Source: Candidatus Latescibacterota bacterium (GTDB taxonomy: Bacteria; Latescibacterota; UBA2968; GCA-2709665). From it: 64,000 nt of DNA. Below are positions 29,713-39,494 of the stretch, in pieces (within the stretch, counting starts at the first letter, position 1; every line of letters starts with the position of its first letter). A program made the translations under genes and the position numbers. The stretch spans positions 1,888,001 through 1,952,000 of the forward strand of contig OZ244744.1 in NCBI GenBank assembly GCA_965219455.1, given 5' to 3'. The notes beneath the pieces were generated by a model. That model did no database searches, was not told where the DNA came from, and was given only the letters and a program-made list of their open reading frames with translations.

Positions 29713-30585
29713 TCAATACGGACTGTCGGCTTTTTTTTCACTCTCCAGGAAATATATACTCTCATCAGCAGTGTTGATTTCAATGGTTACGGCAGTCCCG
29801 GGAAAGTCAACCGCCATATTCGCGAAAGTTTCCGTGCCACGGCTTAGTTCATAAAATGCGAAACGGGAGGCAATCTGAATCTTACCGTCATTCAGACGAG
29901 CGAATTTCTGTAGAAACTCAAGGCCTAACCCACCGGGATACGGCCCACTTTTCGTGGTGTGATATGGCTCAAGTGCCCATTTGAGGGCTGGAAGCGAGTT
30001 GATACGAGGAGTATTGAAATACCGACGAACATTCTCTCGAATTCCGATACCGGCATCTGCAACCGTAAAATCAAGCCGATTCTCTTGCGGGAAAAACTGG
30101 CCACAGACGAAGACACCAAGATTTGATTCGGAATGGAATACGGCATTCTGATACACTTCAAAAACCTTCTTCTTGAAGATCCTGCTTGCGCCATCGGACA
30201 TTCTGGGGATGCCTCTTCCGGTAAGTTGCCAATGGATATACTCTTCGAACTCACCCTCATCACTCAGGCGCAGCCGGCGAAACGGCATGGTTGTATTATT
30301 GTTGTCATCCAGTGATTTGTACCAATAATGAGTTAGGAACAGATTCTTACGAAGTATAGTCTCGACCGGACCCGGGATATCGACGATGCGAATGGTATTG
30401 AAACCGTCAGCGACCTTAGAAAGAATCGCGCCAAGTGGCGCCGCCATGTTGGCGTCGAAAAAATCCAACCTTGACATGTTGAGTTGCAGTTGATCCGAAT
30501 AGAGACCCTGAGCAGCTTTGGCGAGTTTGGCGAGCGTTTCCCACCCCTCACGTGTACTGTGCACGGTCGGAAGATAGTAGATCAT
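29713..30585 (-). CDS. GHKL/HATPase_c kinase-like protein with N-terminal STAS-like region
   Basis: N-box EVYQNAVFHS, G1 DAGIGI, G2 GGLGL, GTAVTI; no His-phosphoacceptor domain recognised. Confidence 0.8.
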   Translation of the reverse strand: MIYYLPTVHSTREGWETLAKLAKAAQGLYSDQLQLNMSRLDFFDANMAAPLGAILSKVADGFNTIRIVDIPGPVETILRKNLFLTHYWYKSLDDNNNTTMPFRRLRLSDEGEFEEYIHWQLTGRGIPRMSDGASRIFKKKVFEVYQNAVFHSESNLGVFVCGQFFPQENRLDFTVADAGIGIRENVRRYFNTPRINSLPALKWALEPYHTTKSGPYPGGLGLEFLQKFARLNDGKIQIASRFAFYELSRGTETFANMAVDFPGTAVTIEINTADESIYFLESEKKADSPY

Positions 30586-30604
30586 CGCAATCCCTGTGAT
30601 TGAC

Positions 30605-30910
30605 GGGACTTATACTCAGATGCTGCGGATAAAAAAACACAGGAGCGTATCCTGAAGTGTTACCATTACCCCTGGACACGCCGGACGAAGCAGAAGGGAT
30701 AGCAAGAAGTGAAGAGAAACCGAACTCGGAAGATCTGCTCTCTGCTGGCGCAAGGCAAATGCTGCATGCCGCCTTGGAGATTGAAGTGAAAGCTGCATCG
30801 AGAACATTGAGGGCAAGATCGAAGATCTGGTACACGGACAAGCGGTCAGAAATGGTAACGATTTATCCGAAGTCCGTCAAGGATGACCTCTCTACCAAAG
30901 AAGAATTCGG
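30605..30910 (+). pseudogene. Possible IS256-family left end and transposase N-terminal remnant, fused to a RelE/HigB-like fragment
   Basis: EDLLSAGARQMLHAALEIEV resembles IS256 transposase N-termini; GGGACTTATACTCAGATGCTGCGGAT resembles an IS end; TIYPKSVKDDLS resembles a HigB/RelE C-terminus. Recognition by memory only. Confidence 0.35.
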
Positions 30911-30973
30911 GCCGGACATTCCAGACAATATAGACACGTCACAATCTACTTTTGTGAGGCGATTTCCCTTCCG

Positions 30974-33900
30974 TCAGGTCGGCTTCCCAGCCCGTTCGAT
31001 CAAGTCATTCAGCTTGTAATTCACGCTTGTCACTGAGAAATCCGGTTCCCTTTGAAAAGGCCTACGCAGGTAGTGCACGCGATGCTCACCGCCATCCAGG
31101 AACTCGACGATGGCGAGGATGAAATCGTCCGGTTTGTTCAGCGCCGTAAGGATCTCATTCTTCGTCACCGTAATCGTATCTCCACCGGACTGGCGGCCCT
31201 TCACTTCGATGAAACGCAACTTTCCCGTACCGGGAACACGGCTCTCAATGTCATAACCGAGATGTTCGGTCTCCCGGTCGACGGGCTCGAATCCGAGGCC
31301 GCGTTCCACTTCCATGATGATGGCGCGAGCCTTTGCCGCCGACTTCTGGGTGTCCACGATGTGCCGTGGCGTGGAGGCTCCGGTCATGGCTGCCAGGAGT
31401 CCCATGGGTACGACGACAAGGCCGCCGACGATGGCGGGCGGCAGCGCTGAGATCCGCTCCTCCCGGTCGAGTTGGTTCGTGCGCTGATGGAGCCGCTCCT
31501 GCAGATCGTCTGCGCGCCGTTGGGCCTCGCGGGAGTTGAGCTTTGCCCCGGCCTTTCCTGCTTCCTCCTGGAGCTTGAGTTCCTCGGCGCGGTGGTCCCA
31601 ATACGCCATTTCCTTGGTCAGGCGCTCCTTAACCGCGGCACGGGTTTTCGCAACCAGAGCGAGGCGCCGGTCGCGAACCTCTCCAAGGTGTTCCGGCACG
31701 ATGTTGGCGATGGCCTCCTCCCGCGCCTGCTGCTCCAGCTTTCGGGTGATCCATCCGCACTCCGGGCGGTCAAGGATGTCGACCACTTTGGGTTCGTAAT
31801 CCGCCAGCGGCCGGTAGTCAAGGTACGGCGCGTAGTCGAGACGGCGTTTCACGCCGGCTGCATCGATCTCGACATAGAGCGTCCGGCGTGAGATGACACG
31901 ACCCTCGCCACTGGCCAAAACACTTCCGTCCTTTATCGCATGCTCCAGCGAGAAGATCACACGCGTTTCCAGGCCCGGGTCCCGCTCGTCCACGAGCACG
32001 GCGCCGCGCTGCAGGAGGTCGCGGTGGCGTTCCAATGTGAGATCGAGAACGGCATCGAGCAAGGCGTGTCCCGGGCACACGAAGGCAGCGGGCGTTTGCC
32101 CGTGCGGCGCCAGGTGTGTCTTGTCGAACGCAATGCGTTCGTAGCGCGCAAGCACCGGTTCTCCGACGCCGATCTGCCGGTCGCGGTTGCGCACAGGCGC
32201 CGGGACGTGTGTAATTTCGTATCTGCCCGTTTCGCGCCGCCGCACCGAACCCCCCAGGCGACGGATCGCTTCGAGGAAGAACGACTCGATATAATGCGGT
32301 TGCAATCGCCGGGCTTCGGCGCGCTCCATTTCCTCCCGTACTCGTGCGACACGAGTGGAATCCATCGCATCTTGCGCGAGGGCCTGTTCCTCAATCAGGG
32401 ACTGCAGGTGCGGCTGGTCCACGGCTTCGCTTACCGCCTCGGAGAGTCGCGCGCGCACTTCGGGCTGCTCGCCGTAACGGATCGCCTCGATTAGCAGATC
32501 GCGGAGCGGCCGGCCATCGAACTGAAGCCTGCCGAGCACGTCGAAAACCTGGCCGCCGAGCGAGCTTCGGGCCTGCTCGAGCTTGTCCAGCAGGGTGCGG
32601 TACACGTCGCCCTCCCGGGTCTCTTCCGCCACCAGGTTCCACAGATGACATACCTCGGTCTGGCCGATGCGGTGGATGCGCCCGAAGCGCTGTTCGATGC
32701 GGTTCGGGTTCCACGGCAGGTCGTAGTTCACCATCAGATGGGCGCGCTGAAGGTTGATGCCCTCCCCGGCCGCGTCAGTAGCGAGCAGCACCTGCACCAG
32801 CGGATCGTGGAGGAACGACTCCTGGGCCTTGCGGCGATCCTCCCGCCCCATGCTCCCGTGAATCGTGACGATGCCAGAGGGCCGGCCGAGCAGCGTTGCG
32901 ATACGCCGTTGGAGGTAGTTGAGGGTGTCCCTGTGCTCGGTGAAAAGGACCAGCTTCTGGCTGGGTGACGGGACGGGCGGCGGGATGGCGCCGCTGCCGT
33001 AGGGTTCGCCCTTTTCGCCACCCCTGGCGCCCAGGCCGGCTGGCGTAAAGATTTCTGCCAGCAGGTTCGAGAGTTCGCGCCACTTCGTGTCTTTGCCGCT
33101 CTTTAGAATCTCCGCGGCAAGGCCCTCAAGCCATTTGAGTGAAGCAATCTCCGCATTGAGTTCCGCGATCGTACTGGCCGCTGTTGCCTCATCCAGCACC
33201 GCGGCCTCTGCGGCTTCGACCTCCTCGTAAGGGGCGTCGTCCAAGTCTTCCACGTCCTCGGCATCGAATAATGGACCGGTCTGCTGGATCGTTTCCGGTT
33301 GCCTGGCGCCGCGTTGCAGCAGGCTCAGTTCGCGAAGGCGGCTTTCCAGGCGCTCGCGCCGCCGCCTCAGCGACTGGTGGATCGCCTCGGGTGATGACGC
33401 GAGGCGCCGTTGCAGGATGGTGAGCGCAAAACCGACGGTGCCCGCGCGGGTGTCGCTTTGCAGCGCCTCGGCGCGATTGAACTCTTCGCGGACGTATTCG
33501 GTCACTTCCCTGTACAGCCGAGCTTCGGCGTCGGTGAGCCTGTATGGCACCGAATACGCGATGCGCTCCGGGAACAGCGGCCGGCCGTCGAACTTTAACA
33601 GGTTTTCCTTCACCATGCGGCGCATCAGATCCGAAACATCCACCTGATGAACGCCATCCCTGAAACGTCCCTCGAAGCGGTCGCCATCCAGCAGGGCGAG
33701 GAAGAGTTGAAAGTCCGCCTCCTTGCCGTTGTGCGGCGTCGCCGTCATCAACAGAAAGTGACGGGTGAGGTTCGACAGGAGTTGCCCCAGGCGGTAGCGT
33801 TTGGTGTACCGCACCTCGCCGCCAAAGAAGGTCGCCGACATTTTGTGCGCTTCGTCGCAGACCACCATATCGTAGCGGCAGTCCGGAGCGCTCAGTTTGG

Positions 33901-34546
33901 CCTGGAGGTCCTCGTTGCGGGCGAGTTTGTCCAGCCGGGCGATGGCGAGATCGTTTTCGAGGAACCAATTGCCCGTACGGGCGGCGTCGAGTTTGTCGTT
34001 CGTCAGAATATCGAAAGGGAGGTTGAAACGCCGGTAGAGTTCATCCTGCCATTGCTCGGCGAGGCTGCCGGGACATACCACAAGACACCGCCTGAGATCG
34101 CCGCGTGCGACGAGTTCCTTCATCAACAGTCCGGCCATGATTGTTTTTCCCGCGCCGGGATCGTCCGCCAGCAGGAAGCGAAGAGGCTGGCGAGGCAGCA
34201 TGGCCTCGTACACCGCAGTGATCTGGTGCGGTAGTGGTTCAACAAGCGATGTGTGTACGGCAAGGACGGGATCGAATAGATGGGCCAGACGGATGCGGTA
34301 GGCCTCAGACACGAGACGGAACAGCGCGCCGTCGCCATCGAAACTCCAGGGGCGGCCCTGCTCGACGATTTCGATGCGCGCCTCGTCGTGCCGGTAGAGA
34401 ATCTCCTCGGCGACCCGTCCGGAGGCCGGGCGGTAGATCAGGGTAAGTGCCCCGGAACCGTGCCATTGCACGTTCACAACGGTCACGACACCGTCAGGAA
34501 CGATGCCACGGACCGTCGCGTCGGGTTGGAGATCCTCGAGTTTCAT
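30974..34546 (-). CDS. SNF2-family helicase with C-terminal DUF3883 nuclease
   Basis: LADDPGAGKT, DEAH, TATP, QRFGRIHRIGQ; C-terminal GYDIES..FIEVKGR. Confidence 0.92.
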   Translation of the reverse strand: MKLEDLQPDATVRGIVPDGVVTVVNVQWHGSGALTLIYRPASGRVAEEILYRHDEARIEIVEQGRPWSFDGDGALFRLVSEAYRIRLAHLFDPVLAVHTSLVEPLPHQITAVYEAMLPRQPLRFLLADDPGAGKTIMAGLLMKELVARGDLRRCLVVCPGSLAEQWQDELYRRFNLPFDILTNDKLDAARTGNWFLENDLAIARLDKLARNEDLQAKLSAPDCRYDMVVCDEAHKMSATFFGGEVRYTKRYRLGQLLSNLTRHFLLMTATPHNGKEADFQLFLALLDGDRFEGRFRDGVHQVDVSDLMRRMVKENLLKFDGRPLFPERIAYSVPYRLTDAEARLYREVTEYVREEFNRAEALQSDTRAGTVGFALTILQRRLASSPEAIHQSLRRRRERLESRLRELSLLQRGARQPETIQQTGPLFDAEDVEDLDDAPYEEVEAAEAAVLDEATAASTIAELNAEIASLKWLEGLAAEILKSGKDTKWRELSNLLAEIFTPAGLGARGGEKGEPYGSGAIPPPVPSPSQKLVLFTEHRDTLNYLQRRIATLLGRPSGIVTIHGSMGREDRRKAQESFLHDPLVQVLLATDAAGEGINLQRAHLMVNYDLPWNPNRIEQRFGRIHRIGQTEVCHLWNLVAEETREGDVYRTLLDKLEQARSSLGGQVFDVLGRLQFDGRPLRDLLIEAIRYGEQPEVRARLSEAVSEAVDQPHLQSLIEEQALAQDAMDSTRVARVREEMERAEARRLQPHYIESFFLEAIRRLGGSVRRRETGRYEITHVPAPVRNRDRQIGVGEPVLARYERIAFDKTHLAPHGQTPAAFVCPGHALLDAVLDLTLERHRDLLQRGAVLVDERDPGLETRVIFSLEHAIKDGSVLASGEGRVISRRTLYVEIDAAGVKRRLDYAPYLDYRPLADYEPKVVDILDRPECGWITRKLEQQAREEAIANIVPEHLGEVRDRRLALVAKTRAAVKERLTKEMAYWDHRAEELKLQEEAGKAGAKLNSREAQRRADDLQERLHQRTNQLDREERISALPPAIVGGLVVVPMGLLAAMTGASTPRHIVDTQKSAAKARAIIMEVERGLGFEPVDRETEHLGYDIESRVPGTGKLRFIEVKGRQSGGDTITVTKNEILTALNKPDDFILAIVEFLDGGEHRVHYLRRPFQREPDFSVTSVNYKLNDLIERAGKPT

Positions 34547-34654
34547 TGGATATTTGTTTCGTGATTAGGACGGAGAATGGTACAACCCGTCAGTTTCGCT
34601 GGATTGCACAGGCTGCTGCGCGACGCCATAACGCCAAGGCCTTGCGCCATATGT

Positions 34655-34847
34655 GTCGAGGGCAGGATGCCCTCGGTCCCAGGAACGGCGCTTTCGCGTT
34701 CGAGACTCTGGCTGGCATCGCGAACTAAACCTTAAAGGCATACTGCCCCCGTTCAGTACCTGATCCACCAGTATCCGGACCGAGGGCATCCTGCCCTCGA
34801 ATAGCAGGTGACCAATCAATACCCGCATCGTGGGCATCTTCCCCTCG
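34655..34847. repeat. REP family 2 cluster downstream of the RAYT
   Basis: GAGGGCAGGATGCCCTCGGTCCCAGG at about 34658, then oppositely oriented palindromes at 34734, 34782 and 34830 (48-bp period). Confidence 0.85.
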
Positions 34848-34863
34848 ACCAGAATTTGATCCA

Positions 34864-35598
34864 TCAATCCCGGGAACACCGATCGTAGCAACTGCTCCAT
34901 TCCCAGTCTTCCGGATTGGTGCACAACCCCGCTTTTACCGGGTTCAAATGGATATAATTTACAATCGCTTCGAAGTGATCGTCGTCGCGAACGAACCGGT
35001 CGAAATAGTCCTCATGCCAGAACTTTCCATTCCGCTCCAGCATCTTGTTCGCCTGTTTGGCCGTGTAAGATTTCCAGGAGTGCGCAATACCGGACAGGGA
35101 GTGATCGTCCAGTGGTATGACCAGTACATGGACATGATTGGGCATGACGACCCACGCATGCAGATTATACAGGACACCATCGAAGTATTGCAGGGAATCG
35201 CGCACAAGGGCAGCGATCTCGGGACGCCGCAACCAGCACGCACCATGGCCCTGATCCAGCGCCTCCTCAATCCGACGACGTTTGTGGTGCTCCGCTTCCG
35301 GCAGTCCCTTCAGTTCGCGCTCCCATTGTTGGAGCAGGTGTTGCGGCAGGCTGTCCCCCAATCTGAAACAGACGTGTTGGGGAACTTCCCCGGCTTCAAA
35401 GTGCGGAAGATGGGTGCGGTGGTATCGGCTCGACGGTGCCACACCGGATGTTGAAGCCTTGGGATTGAGGGTATCTTGCCCTCGGTCAGTAAATGATCCA
35501 CCGGTGTCCGGATCGAGGGCATCCTGCCCTCGAATAGGAGGTGACCGATCAATACCCGCATCAAGAGCATCTTGCCCTCTGCTTGGACTGGACTTCAT
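34864..35598 (-). CDS. REP-associated tyrosine transposase (RAYT)
   Basis: HLPH, FRL.DS, MPNHVH, W..DYFDRF.R and YIHLNPVKAGL motifs; N-terminus contains three RGQD(A/T)L units translated from REPs. Confidence 0.92.
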   Translation of the reverse strand: MKSSPSRGQDALDAGIDRSPPIRGQDALDPDTGGSFTDRGQDTLNPKASTSGVAPSSRYHRTHLPHFEAGEVPQHVCFRLGDSLPQHLLQQWERELKGLPEAEHHKRRRIEEALDQGHGACWLRRPEIAALVRDSLQYFDGVLYNLHAWVVMPNHVHVLVIPLDDHSLSGIAHSWKSYTAKQANKMLERNGKFWHEDYFDRFVRDDDHFEAIVNYIHLNPVKAGLCTNPEDWEWSSCYDRCSRD

Positions 35599-35838
35599 AA
35601 ATCCTCAATTACCGCAACTGACGCGTTACATTACATGCGAAACCAGATCGGAGATGGCGGCGCAACACCGGAAAAGGGAGGCTTGGGACCGAAGGCATCC
35701 TGCCCCGCTCAGTACCTGATCCACCAGTATCCGGACCGAGGGCCTACTGCTTCCATTGCATCAGAAACCATATCAGAAATGACGGCGCGAATACCTCGCC
35801 CATTAGCCGTCGAGGGCAGGATGCCCTCGGTCCCAGGG
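35459..35838. repeat. REP family 2 cluster overlapping and upstream of the RAYT
   Basis: Palindromes at 35467, 35515 and 35563 (48-bp period), 35691, a partial at 35738, and an inverted copy at 35812. Confidence 0.85.
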
Positions 35839-35885
35839 GAAACCTTCGTCCCAGAGAACCCCCGGCCCCGTCGACCCCATCGCCG

Positions 35886-36665
35886 CTACGCCCAGGCCTC
35901 GCATCCGTGGAAGGGCATGTTCTTTCCTTCGACGTACTTCGGCCGCGCCGCGTAGAGGTTTCCCACCTCGGGAATCACCGCCCCCCGGCACAGGATAGAC
36001 GGATGCTTTTGCCGTGTCACCCGGGTGCTGGTGGGAATATAGCGAAGCGTGAGCCCCACCCGCCACGTATCCGACGTATTGCTGTTGGAGCCGTGGATGA
36101 TATTGGGGTGGTGGATTGAAATGTCTCCCGCCTTGAGTTCCAGGTCCGCGGCGTCGGCCTCGTCAATCTGATCGGGACGCATCCCGATGCCGAGGACGTA
36201 CTTGTCCGGATCCAGGTCCACCATTTCCGAGCGCTTCAACAGGCGCCGGGTGTGCGACCCCGGCACGACGCGCATACATCCGTTCTCCACGGTGGAGTCG
36301 TTGCCCGCGACCCACAGAGTGGTGACCTCCATCGGCTCCAGGGGCCAGTAGGATCCATCCTGGTGCCACCGCACGGCCTGCCCGGTTTCTGGCTTCTTGG
36401 CGATATAGTGCGCGCCGAACATGGCGACGTTTGGCCCGATGAACTGCGCCGCAATGTCCACCAGCCGGTCGTCGCAGACCAGGCGGTGCATGAACGGATC
36501 GTCCACAAGTAGCTGGTGGTGCAATCGCTCGGGGCGCGTGTCCGGATGCCTTTTGACCAGCCATTGCACGTGCTCGACCGTTTCGGCCGCCAGACCCGCG
36601 TCAATGGCCCCGCGCGCGATGCAGAAGCCCTTCTCATCATATTCCTGCTGCAGATTGGATTTCAT
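35886..36665 (-). CDS. Phytanoyl-CoA dioxygenase (PhyH) family protein
   Basis: WHQD, NGCMRVVPGSH and HGS.N.S..R motifs. Confidence 0.92.
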   Translation of the reverse strand: MKSNLQQEYDEKGFCIARGAIDAGLAAETVEHVQWLVKRHPDTRPERLHHQLLVDDPFMHRLVCDDRLVDIAAQFIGPNVAMFGAHYIAKKPETGQAVRWHQDGSYWPLEPMEVTTLWVAGNDSTVENGCMRVVPGSHTRRLLKRSEMVDLDPDKYVLGIGMRPDQIDEADAADLELKAGDISIHHPNIIHGSNSNTSDTWRVGLTLRYIPTSTRVTRQKHPSILCRGAVIPEVGNLYAARPKYVEGKNMPFHGCEAWA

Positions 36666-37102
36666 TTACGTTCTCCTGTTATCATAGTATTTCCCTGAAA
36701 TCGTGACGCGAAGAGTCACCCTGGCGACTCGCCCTGACGTTTAGCTGCGTGTATAGTCACTTCACAATGCTGCCTCGCGGCAGTAAGACCGTCTCCAGGT
36801 CCGGAAGGTTAACCACGACCCTGCCGCCAGCCTTTCGGATTCCCCTACAGATCGAAAACATGCGGGACTCATGTGCCACATGCGACCTACGCCCCAACCA
36901 TGATTAAAATCCCTTATAATGTCAATCGGTATCCTGACACATACCCGCGATCCGCACAGCTCCGCGGATTTCGTTATTCTGCCACCTGACCTCACGCTGG
37001 AAAAAATCAGCCTTCTGCTACGCCGTAGAACTTTTCGGTCAATTTCGTCGTCTTACAAGCAGACGCGTTAAGAAATCCCCGATTATTTGCACCGGAGGAC
37101 AG

Positions 37103-37693
37103 ATGACGGACGCCGAGTTGATCAGGCGTTTCCACGACGGTGAGTCGCATGCCTTCAATGGTCTGGCAGGGCGCTGGCATCGCAGGCTATACAACTTCAT
37201 CCTGCGACAGGTCGGAGACCGCGAGGATGCGCATGACCTGTGCCAGAAGGTCCTGATCAAAGCCCACCGAAATCTCCGCCGGCTGCAGGATCCCGAAAAG
37301 TTCTCCACCTGGATCTACCAGATCGCGGTCAATACGTGTCGGGACGAGTTGAGGCGGCGGCGGCGTCATCCCACGATCTCGCTGGAAAGCCTGGAACAAG
37401 GAACCGATGGGCGGCCAGACGGGACGGTGAAGGCTTCGGCACGAGCAGATAAGAGGATTCACGAGTACGAACTTCGCGATCTGCTCAACCGGGCGTTGCA
37501 GTGCATTCCCCAGGAACAACGGATTATTGTCGTGATGAAGGAATACCAGCATCTGAAATTCACTGAAATCGCCGCCATCATGAAGTTGCCGGTCAACACC
37601 GTTAAATCCCGGCTTTATTACGGCCTGAACAACCTCAGAAAGCAATTGGATCAATGGAACATCACCCCGGAGACGATCGACTATGAAATGTGA
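37103..37693 (+). CDS. ECF RNA polymerase sigma factor
   Basis: DA.DL.Q, FSTWIYQIAVN and EIA..M..P.NTVKSRL motifs. Confidence 0.92.
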   Translation: MTDAELIRRFHDGESHAFNGLAGRWHRRLYNFILRQVGDREDAHDLCQKVLIKAHRNLRRLQDPEKFSTWIYQIAVNTCRDELRRRRRHPTISLESLEQGTDGRPDGTVKASARADKRIHEYELRDLLNRALQCIPQEQRIIVVMKEYQHLKFTEIAAIMKLPVNTVKSRLYYGLNNLRKQLDQWNITPETIDYEM

Positions 37694-38393
37694 TCTGCGC
37701 AGAGAGGAACTCATCGGCTATCTATACGACGAAATCGATGCCGAGAAGAAGGCAGGAATTGAATCCCACATCGGGACCTGTCCTTCGTGTACGCAAGTGC
37801 TGGAGGATTTGGGGCGGACGAGGAACATGATGCGTGCCTGGCCGGACGAAGACCCGCCTGCGAGCCTGGTCTTCGTGCCGGAACGACTCCCCTGGTGGAG
37901 AGGCATCATACCCGACTGGCTGTCCACGGGCAATCGGCGATGGCTGGCGCCTGGGCTGTCATTGACGCTGGCCGGAGTCGTCCTGATTCTGACCGCGTTC
38001 AACTTCGAGGCGCGGTACGACGGGCAGGGGGGTGTTTTCGTGAAGCTTCGGCTCCCCATTGGAGCGGAGTCAGAACGGACTGAAGCGGACCGTGAAGCCC
38101 CGGTCACACGGGCAGAGTTGATCCAGGTTCAACAGCAATCACTGGCTATGATCCAGGAACTGATCGAAGAGGGACACCAACAACAACGCCTGGAACTCGG
38201 TCTTATCCTGGACCAGTTCGCCCTGGATCTGGAATCCCAGCGTCGTCGGGATCTGCTGCTGGTAGGCCAGGGCCTGGAGGAGATCGAGGGATCGACGGAG
38301 AGCCGCTTTATGCGGACCGAAGACCTTTTGCATCACCTGTTGGCGGTGACATACGCGCAGGCGGATCCGAACACACGTTCCACCGCTGATTGA
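37683..38393 (+). CDS. zf-HC2 anti-sigma factor
   Basis: HxxxCxxC (HIGTCPSC) plus a transmembrane segment; overlaps the sigma factor. Confidence 0.88.
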   Translation: MKCDLRREELIGYLYDEIDAEKKAGIESHIGTCPSCTQVLEDLGRTRNMMRAWPDEDPPASLVFVPERLPWWRGIIPDWLSTGNRRWLAPGLSLTLAGVVLILTAFNFEARYDGQGGVFVKLRLPIGAESERTEADREAPVTRAELIQVQQQSLAMIQELIEEGHQQQRLELGLILDQFALDLESQRRRDLLLVGQGLEEIEGSTESRFMRTEDLLHHLLAVTYAQADPNTRSTAD

Positions 38394-38414
38394 TTTACAG
38401 AGGGAGAATGAACA

Positions 38415-39494
38415 ATGAAAGCCCATCACATTTTCGCCGTTGTAACGGCCTTCTGCATTTTCAATATGGCTTCTGCCAGTGAAGGCGGAATTGACCGGGA
38501 GCGAATGCAGCAGGATCTGGAAATCATGGAAGGCATCTTGCAAAGCCTCCACGCTCAGACCACGTCCAGCCTGGCCGGTATCCACCGAGAACCACAGATA
38601 CGGGGACTGTACTTCGAAAACTACGGAGTGATATTTCATATTGAAGAAAAACGCTCGTCAGGCATGGTTCGAGATGTCGACGTGAGGAGATTACTTGAAA
38701 AGCGCGTTGGCGTCCAGGAACGGCTGGTGGAGTTCCTGGGAACGTACGCGGATGGGATCCGCCAGTTAAAGGACGAAGACCGAATCACGATCCTGATCCA
38801 TCAACAACCTCGTTCCCGCGCCCTGATAGCGGCTACAGACAAACGACTCCAGGCCGAGTTGTCGAAACAGGTTTACTCAGAGGTGACGGCTAAAAAAAGT
38901 GACATCGTGGCATACCGCCGCGAGCGCATCGCCGAGGCGGAATTCAGGAGACGGATTGTCTCTCGCGACCGCGCGCCGGATGCGTCCATGATGAAAAAGA
39001 TTGGTGTCATGGCCACAATCCTGGACAAGGCGTTGAAGCAGCCCGAACCTCCTGTCCCGAAATTAGACGCGACTCTGGGTATATACCAGAAGGGGTTAGG
39101 GGCGCTCTTCTTTGTGAACGCGAAAAGCGCGAATCGTTTGAAATTACCGTACAGCCTAACGTGGCCGCCGCCGAGTTTAAGGAAGGCTCCCAAGACAGCA
39201 AGGGTTCGCATTCGAGCGGGCAAAGCAGTCAAGGCAGGAAATCCTTTACAGAAGCGGTTCAAGTTCAAGGAAGAGTTGGTTGAGGTCGTGGGAGACTACG
39301 GTTATACCCTGCGCACCCTCAAGCCTGAGGAATACATCGTGGTGGAGGTGCGCTTTCCGCGGAGACCGGGGAGGAGATCGTCCGGAGAGCGGGGGCTATT
39401 GCTGACGGTTAAGAAGAAGAATGTAGATGCGTACAGCCGAGGGGACCTTGACCTGGCAGCGTTTCGCCAGAAGGTGGATATTCGGGAATATTAG
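38415..39494 (+). CDS. Secreted hypothetical protein
   Basis: Signal-peptide-like N-terminus; two internally similar halves; third gene of the ECF operon. Confidence 0.7.
   Translation: MKAHHIFAVVTAFCIFNMASASEGGIDRERMQQDLEIMEGILQSLHAQTTSSLAGIHREPQIRGLYFENYGVIFHIEEKRSSGMVRDVDVRRLLEKRVGVQERLVEFLGTYADGIRQLKDEDRITILIHQQPRSRALIAATDKRLQAELSKQVYSEVTAKKSDIVAYRRERIAEAEFRRRIVSRDRAPDASMMKKIGVMATILDKALKQPEPPVPKLDATLGIYQKGLGALFFVNAKSANRLKLPYSLTWPPPSLRKAPKTARVRIRAGKAVKAGNPLQKRFKFKEELVEVVGDYGYTLRTLKPEEYIVVEVRFPRRPGRRSSGERGLLLTVKKKNVDAYSRGDLDLAAFRQKVDIREY

Noticed and set aside
8921-34546. Canonical BREX or DISARM call
   Set aside because: No pglZ, brxA, brxL or drmABC recognisable; only the helicase/DUF1156/DUF499 core is present.
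34565-34924. 119-aa ORF with EGRMPS repeats
   Set aside because: It is simply a translation of the REP array.
34734-35580. 48-bp periodic palindromes as a CRISPR array
   Set aside because: Only three degenerate units per array, spacers are duplicated between arrays, there are no cas genes, and the adjacent RAYT explains them as REPs.
37103-39494. ECF sigma/anti-sigma operon as a novel system
   Set aside because: Ordinary, widespread architecture.
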